Shown piece by piece: positions 9,810-17,527 of a stretch of DNA of 64,000 bases (position 1 is its first letter; every line of letters starts with the position of its first letter). Source of the DNA: Nanobdellota archaeon (GTDB lineage: Archaea; Nanobdellota; Nanobdellia; JAAOXT01); contig JAAOXT010000001.1 in assembly GCA_018221045.1 (NCBI GenBank), positions 603-64,602 of the forward strand. The letters are read 5' to 3'. Under the pieces are notes generated by a model. It was not told the DNA's origin, made no database searches, and was given only the letters and a program-made list of their open reading frames with translations. A program made the position numbers and the translations under genes.

Positions 9810-11078
9810 ATGTTGGACATAAAACTCGTAAGAAATCAATCGGAAATAGTGAAAAAAGATCTTAAGCGCAGAAAAGAATCCGAAAAAATCGGGTGGGTTG
9901 AAGACCTGATAAGAAAAGACGCTGCCTGGAGAAAATCGCTGATGAACGTTCAAAAGCTTCAGCACAAAAGAAACGTTGTGTCAAAAGAGATAAGCAAACT
10001 GAAAGGTCGTGAAAGAAACAGAAAAATTGCTGAAATGCGAAGCGTGAACTCGCAAATAGACAGGTTAAACAATAACGCCAAAAAAAGTCGAGAAAAAGCT
10101 CAATGGTACTTGGACAGACTGCCAAACCTGATGCACGAAAGCGTTCCTTACGGAAAAGATGATTCGGCAAACCAAGAAATACGCAGGTGGGGTGAAAAAC
10201 CAAAATTCTCTTTCAAACCCCGAGACCACATTGAACTAATGGAAAAACTGGGTTTATTGGATTTAGAGAGAGCTGCAAAAGTCAGTGGCTCTCGCTTCTA
10301 CTACCTAAAAGGGGCTGCGGTAAAACTGGATCTGGCTTTAATAAACTTCGCGCTGGACTTCCTGAACGAAAAAGGGTTCAAACCAGTCCTAACCCCAGTC
10401 ATAGTCAACCTTCCAGCGCTTTACGGAACAGGATTCCTCCCGCTAGGCGAAGAAGACATTTACCGCGTTGGAGAAGATCAGGCGCTCATAGGGACAAGCG
10501 AAGTCGCTCTCGGAGCCATGCACATGAACGAAATACTTGACGTTAAAGACTTACCCCTGCGCTACGCCGGGTTCTCCCAATGCTTCAGGACGGAAGCGGG
10601 AAGTCATGGCAGGGACACCAAAGGCATATACAGGGTTCACCAATTCAACAAAGTTGAACAATTCGTTTTCTGCAAGCCAGAAGACAGTTGGAACGAGCAC
10701 GAATCAATGATTAAAAACGTTGAAAAAATCTTCCAAAAATTAAAGCTTCACTACAGAATCGTCAACATGTGCACAGGGGATCTGGGTTGGGTCGCCGCTA
10801 AAAAATATGATTTGGAAGCTTGGCTGCCAAACAGGAAAAGTTTTGCAGAAGTGGCCAGTTGCAGCAACTGCACAGACTATCAGGCTAGACGCTTAAACGT
10901 TCGCTTTAAAAGAAAACAAGGCGTGCCGAACGAACACGTGCACACCCTTAACAGCACCGCTCTAGCGACCACCAGAACAATTGTTGCAATAATCGAGAAC
11001 TACCAGCAAAGAGATGGGAGCATTAAAATCCCGAACGCGCTGCAACCATATATGAACGGGCTCAAAAAAGTTGGTTAA
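9810..11078 (+). CDS. serS: Seryl-tRNA synthetase
   Basis: It has an N-terminal coiled-coil arm and class II motifs (FRTEAGSHGRDTKGIYRVHQFNKVE, TLNSTALATTRTIVAIIENYQ). Confidence 0.95.
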   Translation: MLDIKLVRNQSEIVKKDLKRRKESEKIGWVEDLIRKDAAWRKSLMNVQKLQHKRNVVSKEISKLKGRERNRKIAEMRSVNSQIDRLNNNAKKSREKAQWYLDRLPNLMHESVPYGKDDSANQEIRRWGEKPKFSFKPRDHIELMEKLGLLDLERAAKVSGSRFYYLKGAAVKLDLALINFALDFLNEKGFKPVLTPVIVNLPALYGTGFLPLGEEDIYRVGEDQALIGTSEVALGAMHMNEILDVKDLPLRYAGFSQCFRTEAGSHGRDTKGIYRVHQFNKVEQFVFCKPEDSWNEHESMIKNVEKIFQKLKLHYRIVNMCTGDLGWVAAKKYDLEAWLPNRKSFAEVASCSNCTDYQARRLNVRFKRKQGVPNEHVHTLNSTALATTRTIVAIIENYQQRDGSIKIPNALQPYMNGLKKVG

Positions 11079-11130
11079 CCTCAAAAAAAACAATTGTTTT
11101 AAAAACTGTTGAACCCATTCTTCATTTTAA

Positions 11131-11679
11131 ATGAAAATACTTGCCGCGTCAGACATTCATGGAGACACAAGAATATCTGAACGCTTAGCCCGAAAAGCTG
11201 AAGCCGAAAAAGTTGACTTTGTCATACTGTGCGGAGACCTGACCTTCTTCGAAAGATCTTTAGAAGGAATTCTCGGGCCCTTCGTTAAAAAAGGTCTAAA
11301 AGTTTTTTTCGTGCCAGGAAACCATGAAACAACGAGCACTGCCGAAAAGTTAAGCTCTGCTTACGCTCCTAACGCCATGAACATTCACGGCAAAACCGTT
11401 GTGTTAAACGACGAAGTCGGGCTGTTCGGCTGGTACACCCAAGATTTCGTTGACGTTAAGAAAAAAATAATGGTCACTCACATCCCACCAACAAACACGC
11501 TGATCTCAATGGTTAACGGCGCGTGCATGGGAAGCCCGAGCGTCAGGGACGCGGTGAACAAGTTTCAACCAGACTTACTGTTGTGTGGTCACGTTCACGA
11601 AACCTTCGGCGTGCAAGACACGATTGGAAGAACGCGAATAATAAACACGGGTCCGGAAGGAATCATTCTAGAAATCTAG
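11131..11679 (+). CDS. Calcineurin-like metallophosphoesterase (YfcE/MJ0936-like)
   Basis: Motifs are SDIHGD, GDL, GNHE and GHVHE. Confidence 0.8.
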   Translation: MKILAASDIHGDTRISERLARKAEAEKVDFVILCGDLTFFERSLEGILGPFVKKGLKVFFVPGNHETTSTAEKLSSAYAPNAMNIHGKTVVLNDEVGLFGWYTQDFVDVKKKIMVTHIPPTNTLISMVNGACMGSPSVRDAVNKFQPDLLLCGHVHETFGVQDTIGRTRIINTGPEGIILEI

Positions 11680-12067
11680 CTGCTCGCAAAGCACTGGAAA
11701 CCGTTGAACAATAGCTTTCCAAAAAATAAACTTTTGATGGGTCCGAAAATTTTTTAACGTGGGGCAAAAAATCTTGCAAGAAAGAATTATAATCCTTCAT
11801 TACTTCGTGAAAACGCTCCTCTTTTTCAACAGTCATTGCCAAGCTTTCTAAGGAATAAAAAACTATTCCAGCTATGGCCACGCCTTGCTCTAACCCAACC
11901 ATCTCTTCAGAAGGGTTGTCGTAAATTGACTCAACGTGCTCCCTGAATTTATCTAAATTCAATACTTCTTCGAAACCTATTTTTAAAACAAAGCCCAAAT
12001 CCTCCAGCAACTTCCTGCCTGACGACAAAACTTCATCTAAACTTTTTGCATGGGGTTCAACTTTCAT
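11663..12067 (-). CDS. Hypothetical protein (134 aa)
   Basis: This long ORF sits in an otherwise uncovered interval. No motif was recognised. Confidence 0.45.
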   Translation of the reverse strand: MKVEPHAKSLDEVLSSGRKLLEDLGFVLKIGFEEVLNLDKFREHVESIYDNPSEEMVGLEQGVAIAGIVFYSLESLAMTVEKEERFHEVMKDYNSFLQDFLPHVKKFSDPSKVYFLESYCSTVSSALRAARFLE

Positions 12068-12127
12068 CTTTATCCATAAAAGAAGGGAACAATTTTTAAG
12101 ATTTATTATACTAAAGAATCACGGATA

Positions 12128-12655
12128 ATGAAAGCAGTTCTGATAACTGGCACGCCTGGCACTGGCAAAACATTGTTAGCCAAATCACTCGCGGGCAAAG
12201 GACTGGGCATTTACGTTGACGTCAAAAAAATAGTTCACGAAAAAAAATTCTTGCAAGCCGGCTACGATGAAAAAAGAAAATCATTAATCATTAACGAGCA
12301 AGAACTAGCCCGCTACTTTAACAGCGTGATAAAGCACTCAAGAAAAACACTAATAATAGATTCACTGCTCTCCCACCACATGAGCCACGAAAACTCAAAG
12401 ATTTGCTTCGTGCTAAGATGCAATCCAAAAGAATTGAAAAAGCGGTTGAAAAAAAGAAAATATCTCAAACAAAAAATCGACGAAAACCTTGAAGCCGAAA
12501 AACTGGACGTCGTGCTCGTAGAAGCCTTGGAAAACAAGCACAGGGTTCACGAAATCGATACTACACACAAAAAAATTGATGAAACCAGCAGGGAAGCCGA
12601 AAAAGTGCTGAAAAAAAAAGTTAAAGCGAGTTACGGTAAAATAAGATGGATGTAA
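12128..12655 (+). CDS. Adenylate kinase isoenzyme 6 / Fap7-like NTPase
   Basis: It has the P-loop ITGTPGTGKT at the extreme N-terminus, and its size of about 175 aa is typical of archaeal AK6/Fap7. Confidence 0.7.
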   Translation: MKAVLITGTPGTGKTLLAKSLAGKGLGIYVDVKKIVHEKKFLQAGYDEKRKSLIINEQELARYFNSVIKHSRKTLIIDSLLSHHMSHENSKICFVLRCNPKELKKRLKKRKYLKQKIDENLEAEKLDVVLVEALENKHRVHEIDTTHKKIDETSREAEKVLKKKVKASYGKIRWM

Positions 12656-12957
12656 AACAAGTAACCCTGATAATTATTTTATTATCCGCTATTTTCCTCA
12701 TATCCCAACAACTTCCTGAAAAAATTGATTTAAAAAAACTGGACAAAAAATTGGTTGGACAAAAATACTTATTTGAAGGAAACTATTCTCAAATCTTCAT
12801 AAAAGACGGATTATCCATTTACAATTTATCACAAGGAAATCACAGCGTCAAGCTCGTATTCTTCAAAACAATTTTCCTGAACAAGAACGACGTGGTAGAA
12901 GGAGTGGTCGAATATTATGAAGGAGAACTAGAAATAATTGGTCTCAGAGTTTTCTAA
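12646..12957 (+). CDS. Membrane-anchored OB-fold-like protein
   Basis: It has an N-terminal TM helix (VTLIIILLSAIFLI) and a C-terminal pattern VVEGVVEYYEGELEIIG that resembles tRNA_anti-type OB folds. Confidence 0.45.
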   Translation: MDVKQVTLIIILLSAIFLISQQLPEKIDLKKLDKKLVGQKYLFEGNYSQIFIKDGLSIYNLSQGNHSVKLVFFKTIFLNKNDVVEGVVEYYEGELEIIGLRVF

Positions 12958-13967
12958 TACTTTCTTTTAATCAGGAAATCAGCTATTTCCAAAAAAATTT
13001 TCTTGCTCTTCCCGTCTGGAAGAACGTTCAAATGCTCTTTACCCTCTTTAACAAGTTTTTCAGAAATTTTTCTTGCATGCTCAACGCTGCCCTTACTCTC
13101 CATTAAAGAAATGACGTGCTCCACCTCGCTCTGCGTTACCTGATTCCTATCCTTGCTCAAAATAATTTTAACCATTTTTTTCTCCTCGCCTGACAAGCTG
13201 TTCAGCAAGTGGATTATCATCAAAGTCCGTTTACCCTCCAATATGTCTCCACCCTTTTCTTTGCCGTACCCGTGCTCGTCTTTCTCCTCTCTCTCAATGT
13301 TAAGAATGTCATCCTGAATCTGAAAAGCTATCGCGATCTTCTCGCCGAACGCTCCCAATCCTTTAAGCGTTTTTTCGTCCGCCCCTCCAATCATGGCTCC
13401 AACCTCAATTGGACTCCTTCCAGAGTAATAACCCGTCTTTCCTGTCACCATCCTAAAATAATCGTTTTCGTTAAGACTCCAAACGTTTTTCTCAACCCAA
13501 TAAATATCCAATGACTGGCCCTCAACTGTTTTGTAATAAAGCTCAAACATTTTATCCATGACTTTCAAAGTCATGTCATCCCCCAATAACTCTCTGTTCT
13601 TTGACAGCATCTTAAAAACGGTTATGAGCAACCCGTCACCAACGTTAACGGCTATCGGCACGCCGTGCGTCCTATGAAGACAGGGTTTTCCCCTCCTCAT
13701 TTCAGACCCGTCCTCAATGTCGTCGTGAACCAATGCGAAAGACTGAAACATTTCAATAGACGCAGCAGTGCGCAAAGCTTTCATCGGGTCGCCGCCCACA
13801 GCTTTACAAGCCAGCAAACATAGAAAGGGTCTAAGACGCTTCCCCCCCCTGGAAGGATAGTCCTTTAATAACTCATAAAACTCTTTGTAAGGCTCTTTTT
13901 CAGGAAGAAAAGAGAACATTTCCCTATCAATAATAGGTATCCATTTTTTTAATTCGTCCATCATCAC
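12954..13967 (-). CDS. idsA: Geranylgeranyl diphosphate synthase (trans-polyprenyl synthetase)
   Basis: The two aspartate-rich motifs are FALVHDDIEDGSEMRRGKP and FQIQDDILN. Confidence 0.9.
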   Translation of the reverse strand: MMMDELKKWIPIIDREMFSFLPEKEPYKEFYELLKDYPSRGGKRLRPFLCLLACKAVGGDPMKALRTAASIEMFQSFALVHDDIEDGSEMRRGKPCLHRTHGVPIAVNVGDGLLITVFKMLSKNRELLGDDMTLKVMDKMFELYYKTVEGQSLDIYWVEKNVWSLNENDYFRMVTGKTGYYSGRSPIEVGAMIGGADEKTLKGLGAFGEKIAIAFQIQDDILNIEREEKDEHGYGKEKGGDILEGKRTLMIIHLLNSLSGEEKKMVKIILSKDRNQVTQSEVEHVISLMESKGSVEHARKISEKLVKEGKEHLNVLPDGKSKKIFLEIADFLIKRKY

Positions 13968-14006
13968 AAAAAAACCAGAATTCAGTAAAGTATTAAAACC
14001 TTTCTA

Positions 14007-14825
14007 ATGAATATTATTCAAATGTTTTTAAGGATAATACGCCCACTCAACTGCTTCATAGCTTTCCTAACAGTAATGGTTTTCTTCTCAATACTTGGGG
14101 TTCTGAACTTGGAAGCAGTGCTTGCAGGAACAAGCGTTTTCTTGATATGCGCTGGAGGAAACGTGATAAACGATTACTATGACTCAGAAATCGACAAGAA
14201 AAACCAGCCTAACCGACCAATCCCATCAGGAGAAATCAGCTTGAAAAACGCTCTACTGTTAAGCATAACTTTGTTCGTCACGGCAAACCTCTTCTCATCC
14301 CTTTTAGGATTTTTCCCACTTGTTTTCACCATCAGCATCTCAGCCCTCCTAATTTTTTACGCCAAGCGCTCAAAAAAAATAGGGCTCAGCGGGAACATCA
14401 TATGCGCGTTCGCGACCAGTTCAATAATTCTTTACGTAGGCGCCATAACCCATTCATTTAACACTTCAATCCTCTTCATCGTCCCCATTTTTTTCCTATC
14501 CCTATCAAGAGAAATCGTTAAAGATATTGAGGACATGCCCGGCGACAGCATCGTAGGCAAATTCACTTTTCCACTGAAATCAGGGGAAAACAAGGCAGCT
14601 CAACTGGCAGCAATAATGATATTCGTTTGCCTCATATTCTCCTTCTTCTTCATCCTCTACGCTTTTCCTAAAGGCGTTCTTTTCCTAGCGCTAGTCATAA
14701 GCTCGTACTTAGCGATAAAATCTTTTGAAGACTTTTTGAAAAACCCTTCAAAACACGCGATTCAAGTTCAGAAAACCCAAAAAATCATAATGATAATCTT
14801 ACTCTCAGGATTCGTGATACCATGA
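14007..14825 (+). CDS. UbiA-family prenyltransferase, probable digeranylgeranylglyceryl phosphate synthase
   Basis: It is polytopic with the motif NVINDYYDSEIDKKNQPNRPIPSG. It lies between the GGPPS and GGGPS genes. Confidence 0.8.
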   Translation: MNIIQMFLRIIRPLNCFIAFLTVMVFFSILGVLNLEAVLAGTSVFLICAGGNVINDYYDSEIDKKNQPNRPIPSGEISLKNALLLSITLFVTANLFSSLLGFFPLVFTISISALLIFYAKRSKKIGLSGNIICAFATSSIILYVGAITHSFNTSILFIVPIFFLSLSREIVKDIEDMPGDSIVGKFTFPLKSGENKAAQLAAIMIFVCLIFSFFFILYAFPKGVLFLALVISSYLAIKSFEDFLKNPSKHAIQVQKTQKIIMIILLSGFVIP

Positions 14826-15502
14826 AACTCTGTGTTTTATTAGACCCTAACAAAAAACAAGTGAATAACGTTATTGAAGCCTGCAAGCTCGTCGGCAATA
14901 AACGCGAAATAGAATGGTGGGTCGGATGCTCCAAAAGCAATGCGAACTCTGTTAAAGAAATTAGCCGAAAAATGCGTGAGAAAGGATTAAAACCTATCCA
15001 CCTGTTCCCCGGAAGACTTCTTCACTTAAGAGCGCTGAAACACGCAGACAACCTCTTAGTCCCAAGACTCGTCATCTGCAAGAACAAGAAACTAAAACTT
15101 GTTAACACTCTTGGCTACTGGATCACCAGATGGATAAAAAACAAAACTGTTTTCGGATACCTCGTGACTGGTTCTGATTCAAGCGTTGGGAAAAGGATTA
15201 AGGCAGAAAAACTAAGCGACCAAAAAATAATTGAGTTATCCAAAAAATTTTTGGATAACCACGAAGTTGACGGGTTATACCTTGAAGCAGGAAGCGGCCA
15301 CAAAAAACACGTCACGCCAAAAGTTGTTAAAGCAATCAAAAAAATCTTGAAGAACAAAACATTACTCGTTGGAGGAGGAATAAAGAATCCCAAAATGGCT
15401 AAAAAACTTTTCAAAGCCGGAGCTGACAAAGTCGTTGTCGGAACCGTGTTTGAACTGAACGACATCAAAAAAATTGTTAAATCCATCCAATCTTTCTTAT
15501 AA
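14822..15502 (+). CDS. Geranylgeranylglyceryl phosphate synthase (PcrB/GGGPS family)
   Basis: It shows the TIM-barrel pattern LYLEAGSG...LLVGGGIKNPKMAKKLFKAGADKVVVGT. Its start is ATGA-coupled to the UbiA gene. Confidence 0.85.
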   Translation: MKLCVLLDPNKKQVNNVIEACKLVGNKREIEWWVGCSKSNANSVKEISRKMREKGLKPIHLFPGRLLHLRALKHADNLLVPRLVICKNKKLKLVNTLGYWITRWIKNKTVFGYLVTGSDSSVGKRIKAEKLSDQKIIELSKKFLDNHEVDGLYLEAGSGHKKHVTPKVVKAIKKILKNKTLLVGGGIKNPKMAKKLFKAGADKVVVGTVFELNDIKKIVKSIQSFL

Positions 15503-15507
15503 AAAAA

Positions 15508-16674
15508 ATGTTAAAGGACATGGGCTGCGCCCTGTTAGGAGTACTAGCAGGAGTCGTCACAGGAGTGATTCCGGGCCTGCACGTAAACACCATCTCCTTC
15601 TTCATCCTATTAAGCAGTACAACCAATACTGGACTAATCTTTTTCACGATTGGAATGCTTGTTTCTCACAACTTCTTCGACTTTTTGCCGTCAATATTCT
15701 TGAGCGCTCCTGAAGAAGCAACATCACTATCAGTCAGTGTTGGCAAAAAATGGCTGTTAAAAGGAAAAGGTTGGGAAGCCATAAAAATAGCTAATCTGGG
15801 CGGACTTTGTTCGCTCCTGATAAGCGTTCTATTATCTCCTTTACTCTTACTGTTCATCCCTTTCTTGTACAATAACTTCAGTTATTTGACAGGCGTAATC
15901 CTTGCAGGAGTAAGCCTGCACTTACTGCTGAAAGAAAAAAATTTCTGGAAAGCTGTGACCGTCTTCGTCATGGCAGGAACCCTCGGATTCATAACCTTAA
16001 GAACTCACTTGTTGCCCCACCCACTAATGGCATTGCTAACAGGATTGTTCGGTATGAGCTCCTTGCTTGAAAGCTTAAAAGAAAAAACTGTGATACCCAA
16101 ACAAATCAGGGTTTACGGAAACGAGCTAACCAAAAAAGAGTTGATGACTGGCTCCCTGAAAGGATCCTTATCCTCCATTCTTTTAGGTTTTATTCCAGCC
16201 ATAGGCCCGTCGCAAGCCAGTCTTTTAGTAGACGACACCAGAAAAAGCGATGAAGAATTGCTAGTTGGCCTGGGAGGCGTGAACACCTCAGACATAATCC
16301 TATCTTTAATCGCTTTATTCACCATTGGAAAAGCCAGAAGCGGAGCCCTAAAAGTCCTGCAAGACAAATTCGTTTTCGAGAACATTTTTTTCTTCTACTT
16401 GATGATCGCCTGCTTCGTATCCGCAATAGCTTCTTTCATCCTGATAAAACTTATTGGCCCATGGTTCGTCAAATTTTTTGAAAAAATGAATTACCAAAAG
16501 CTTTGTTCAGCAATGCTCGTATTCCTATGCATTCTAATCCTCGCATTTAATGGTTGGGAAGGACTCATAGTGTCAATAACAGGTGCCTTAATCGGTTTTT
16601 ACGCGAAAGGCGTGAGAAAAAGCCAGTTAATGTCAGCTTTAATGGTACCAACCCTATTCTACTTTTTTTTCTGA
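15508..16674 (+). CDS. Polytopic membrane protein, TctA/DUF112-like
   Basis: It has at least 9 hydrophobic segments and the motif GVVTGVIPGLHVNT, which is reminiscent of TctA-family permeases. Confidence 0.5.
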   Translation: MLKDMGCALLGVLAGVVTGVIPGLHVNTISFFILLSSTTNTGLIFFTIGMLVSHNFFDFLPSIFLSAPEEATSLSVSVGKKWLLKGKGWEAIKIANLGGLCSLLISVLLSPLLLLFIPFLYNNFSYLTGVILAGVSLHLLLKEKNFWKAVTVFVMAGTLGFITLRTHLLPHPLMALLTGLFGMSSLLESLKEKTVIPKQIRVYGNELTKKELMTGSLKGSLSSILLGFIPAIGPSQASLLVDDTRKSDEELLVGLGGVNTSDIILSLIALFTIGKARSGALKVLQDKFVFENIFFFYLMIACFVSAIASFILIKLIGPWFVKFFEKMNYQKLCSAMLVFLCILILAFNGWEGLIVSITGALIGFYAKGVRKSQLMSALMVPTLFYFFF

Positions 16675-16865
16675 ATCTTCTTGTTAAGAGCCATCACTAA
16701 CTTCTTCGGATCAACTCCATGAGATTTAGCGCCCTGCTCAATGCTTTCAACATTTGCCATTCCACACATGGCGCAAGCCATGCCATGCTCAAAAAAAACC
16801 TCTGCGAGCTCTGGGTGTTTTGATAGAACTTCACCAAATTTTTCCTTACCATTCAATTTAGCCAT
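16659..16865 (-). CDS. DUF1858-like small redox-domain protein
   Basis: The 68-aa protein carries the pattern HPELAEVFFEHGMACAMCGMA...ESIEQGAKSHGVD, typical of hybrid-cluster-protein-associated DUF1858 domains. Confidence 0.6.
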   Translation of the reverse strand: MAKLNGKEKFGEVLSKHPELAEVFFEHGMACAMCGMANVESIEQGAKSHGVDPKKLVMALNKKIQKKK

Positions 16866-16954
16866 GAATTAACAAAATTAAAAGAACGAATTAATAAACT
16901 TTACTAAAAATTTAACTATAGTTAATCGAACTTGTATTCTTAAGTATATTAATC

Positions 16955-17009
16955 TTTATATACACTGATTATAGTACTATCGTTGGATTTAGAATACAAC
17001 ATATTGTGG
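16955..17009 (+). promoter_or_regulatory. Archaeal TATA box (TTTATATA, 16955-16962) followed by two NrdR-box-like 16-mers (16962-16977 ACACTGATTATAGTAC; 16994-17009 ATACAACATATTGTGG)
   Basis: By hand, the 16-mers match the NrdR-box consensus acacWAtATaTWgtgt at 11/16 and 13/16 positions. Their centres are 32 bp apart. The element lies upstream of nrdR-nrdD-nrdG, and a GAGGAG Shine-Dalgarno sequence is at 17047-17052. Confidence 0.45.
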
Positions 17010-17062
17010 TTTTGACAACGTTCTTTTTTTTCGATACAACCACCATGAGGAGATGATATTAT

Positions 17063-17515
17063 TTGAAGTGCCCTTTTTGCAACACGGACAACAATTTCGT
17101 AATAGATAAAAGAGAAAGCCCTGACGGAACGTCTAACAGGAGACGCAGAGAATGCAATAAGTGCAAGAAAAGGTTTACCACTTATGAAACAGTAGCTGAC
17201 ATAAACGTTTTTGTTGTTAAAAAAGATGGGGGCAGAGAAGTTTTTGACAAAGAAAAAATGATCAAGGGATTAATGAAAGCCTGTGAGAAAAGACCTATCA
17301 GCTATGAACAAATAACTTCTCTCGCAAACCGGATTGCCGCAAAAATAAAGGATAAGGGCTCAAGAGAAATCAACAGCCGAGAAATAGGTGAACTCGTCAT
17401 GAAAGAGTTGAAGAAATTAGATAAAATAGCTTACATCAGGTTCGCCTCAGTGTACAGAGAATTCACGGATCTGAGCTCATTTGAAAGCGAGCTTAAAAAA
17501 TTGTTAAAAAAATAG
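17063..17515 (+). CDS. nrdR: NrdR transcriptional repressor (Zn ribbon plus ATP-cone), TTG start
   Basis: It has the Zn ribbon CPFC...CNKC with RRRECxxCxxRFTTYE, followed by an ATP-cone (VVKKDGGREVFDKEKMIKGL...AYIRFASVYREF). Confidence 0.9.
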   Translation: MKCPFCNTDNNFVIDKRESPDGTSNRRRRECNKCKKRFTTYETVADINVFVVKKDGGREVFDKEKMIKGLMKACEKRPISYEQITSLANRIAAKIKDKGSREINSREIGELVMKELKKLDKIAYIRFASVYREFTDLSSFESELKKLLKK

Positions 17516-17527
17516 GTGTGATTAGAA

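Noticed and set aside
9738-9965. The track ORF for the 2H phosphoesterase has a 76-codon N-terminal extension.
   Set aside because: The extension overlaps the divergent serS start, has a hydrophobic low-complexity composition and precedes the conserved family N-terminus MDFVRCFVAVEV. The ATG at 9737 is the better start.
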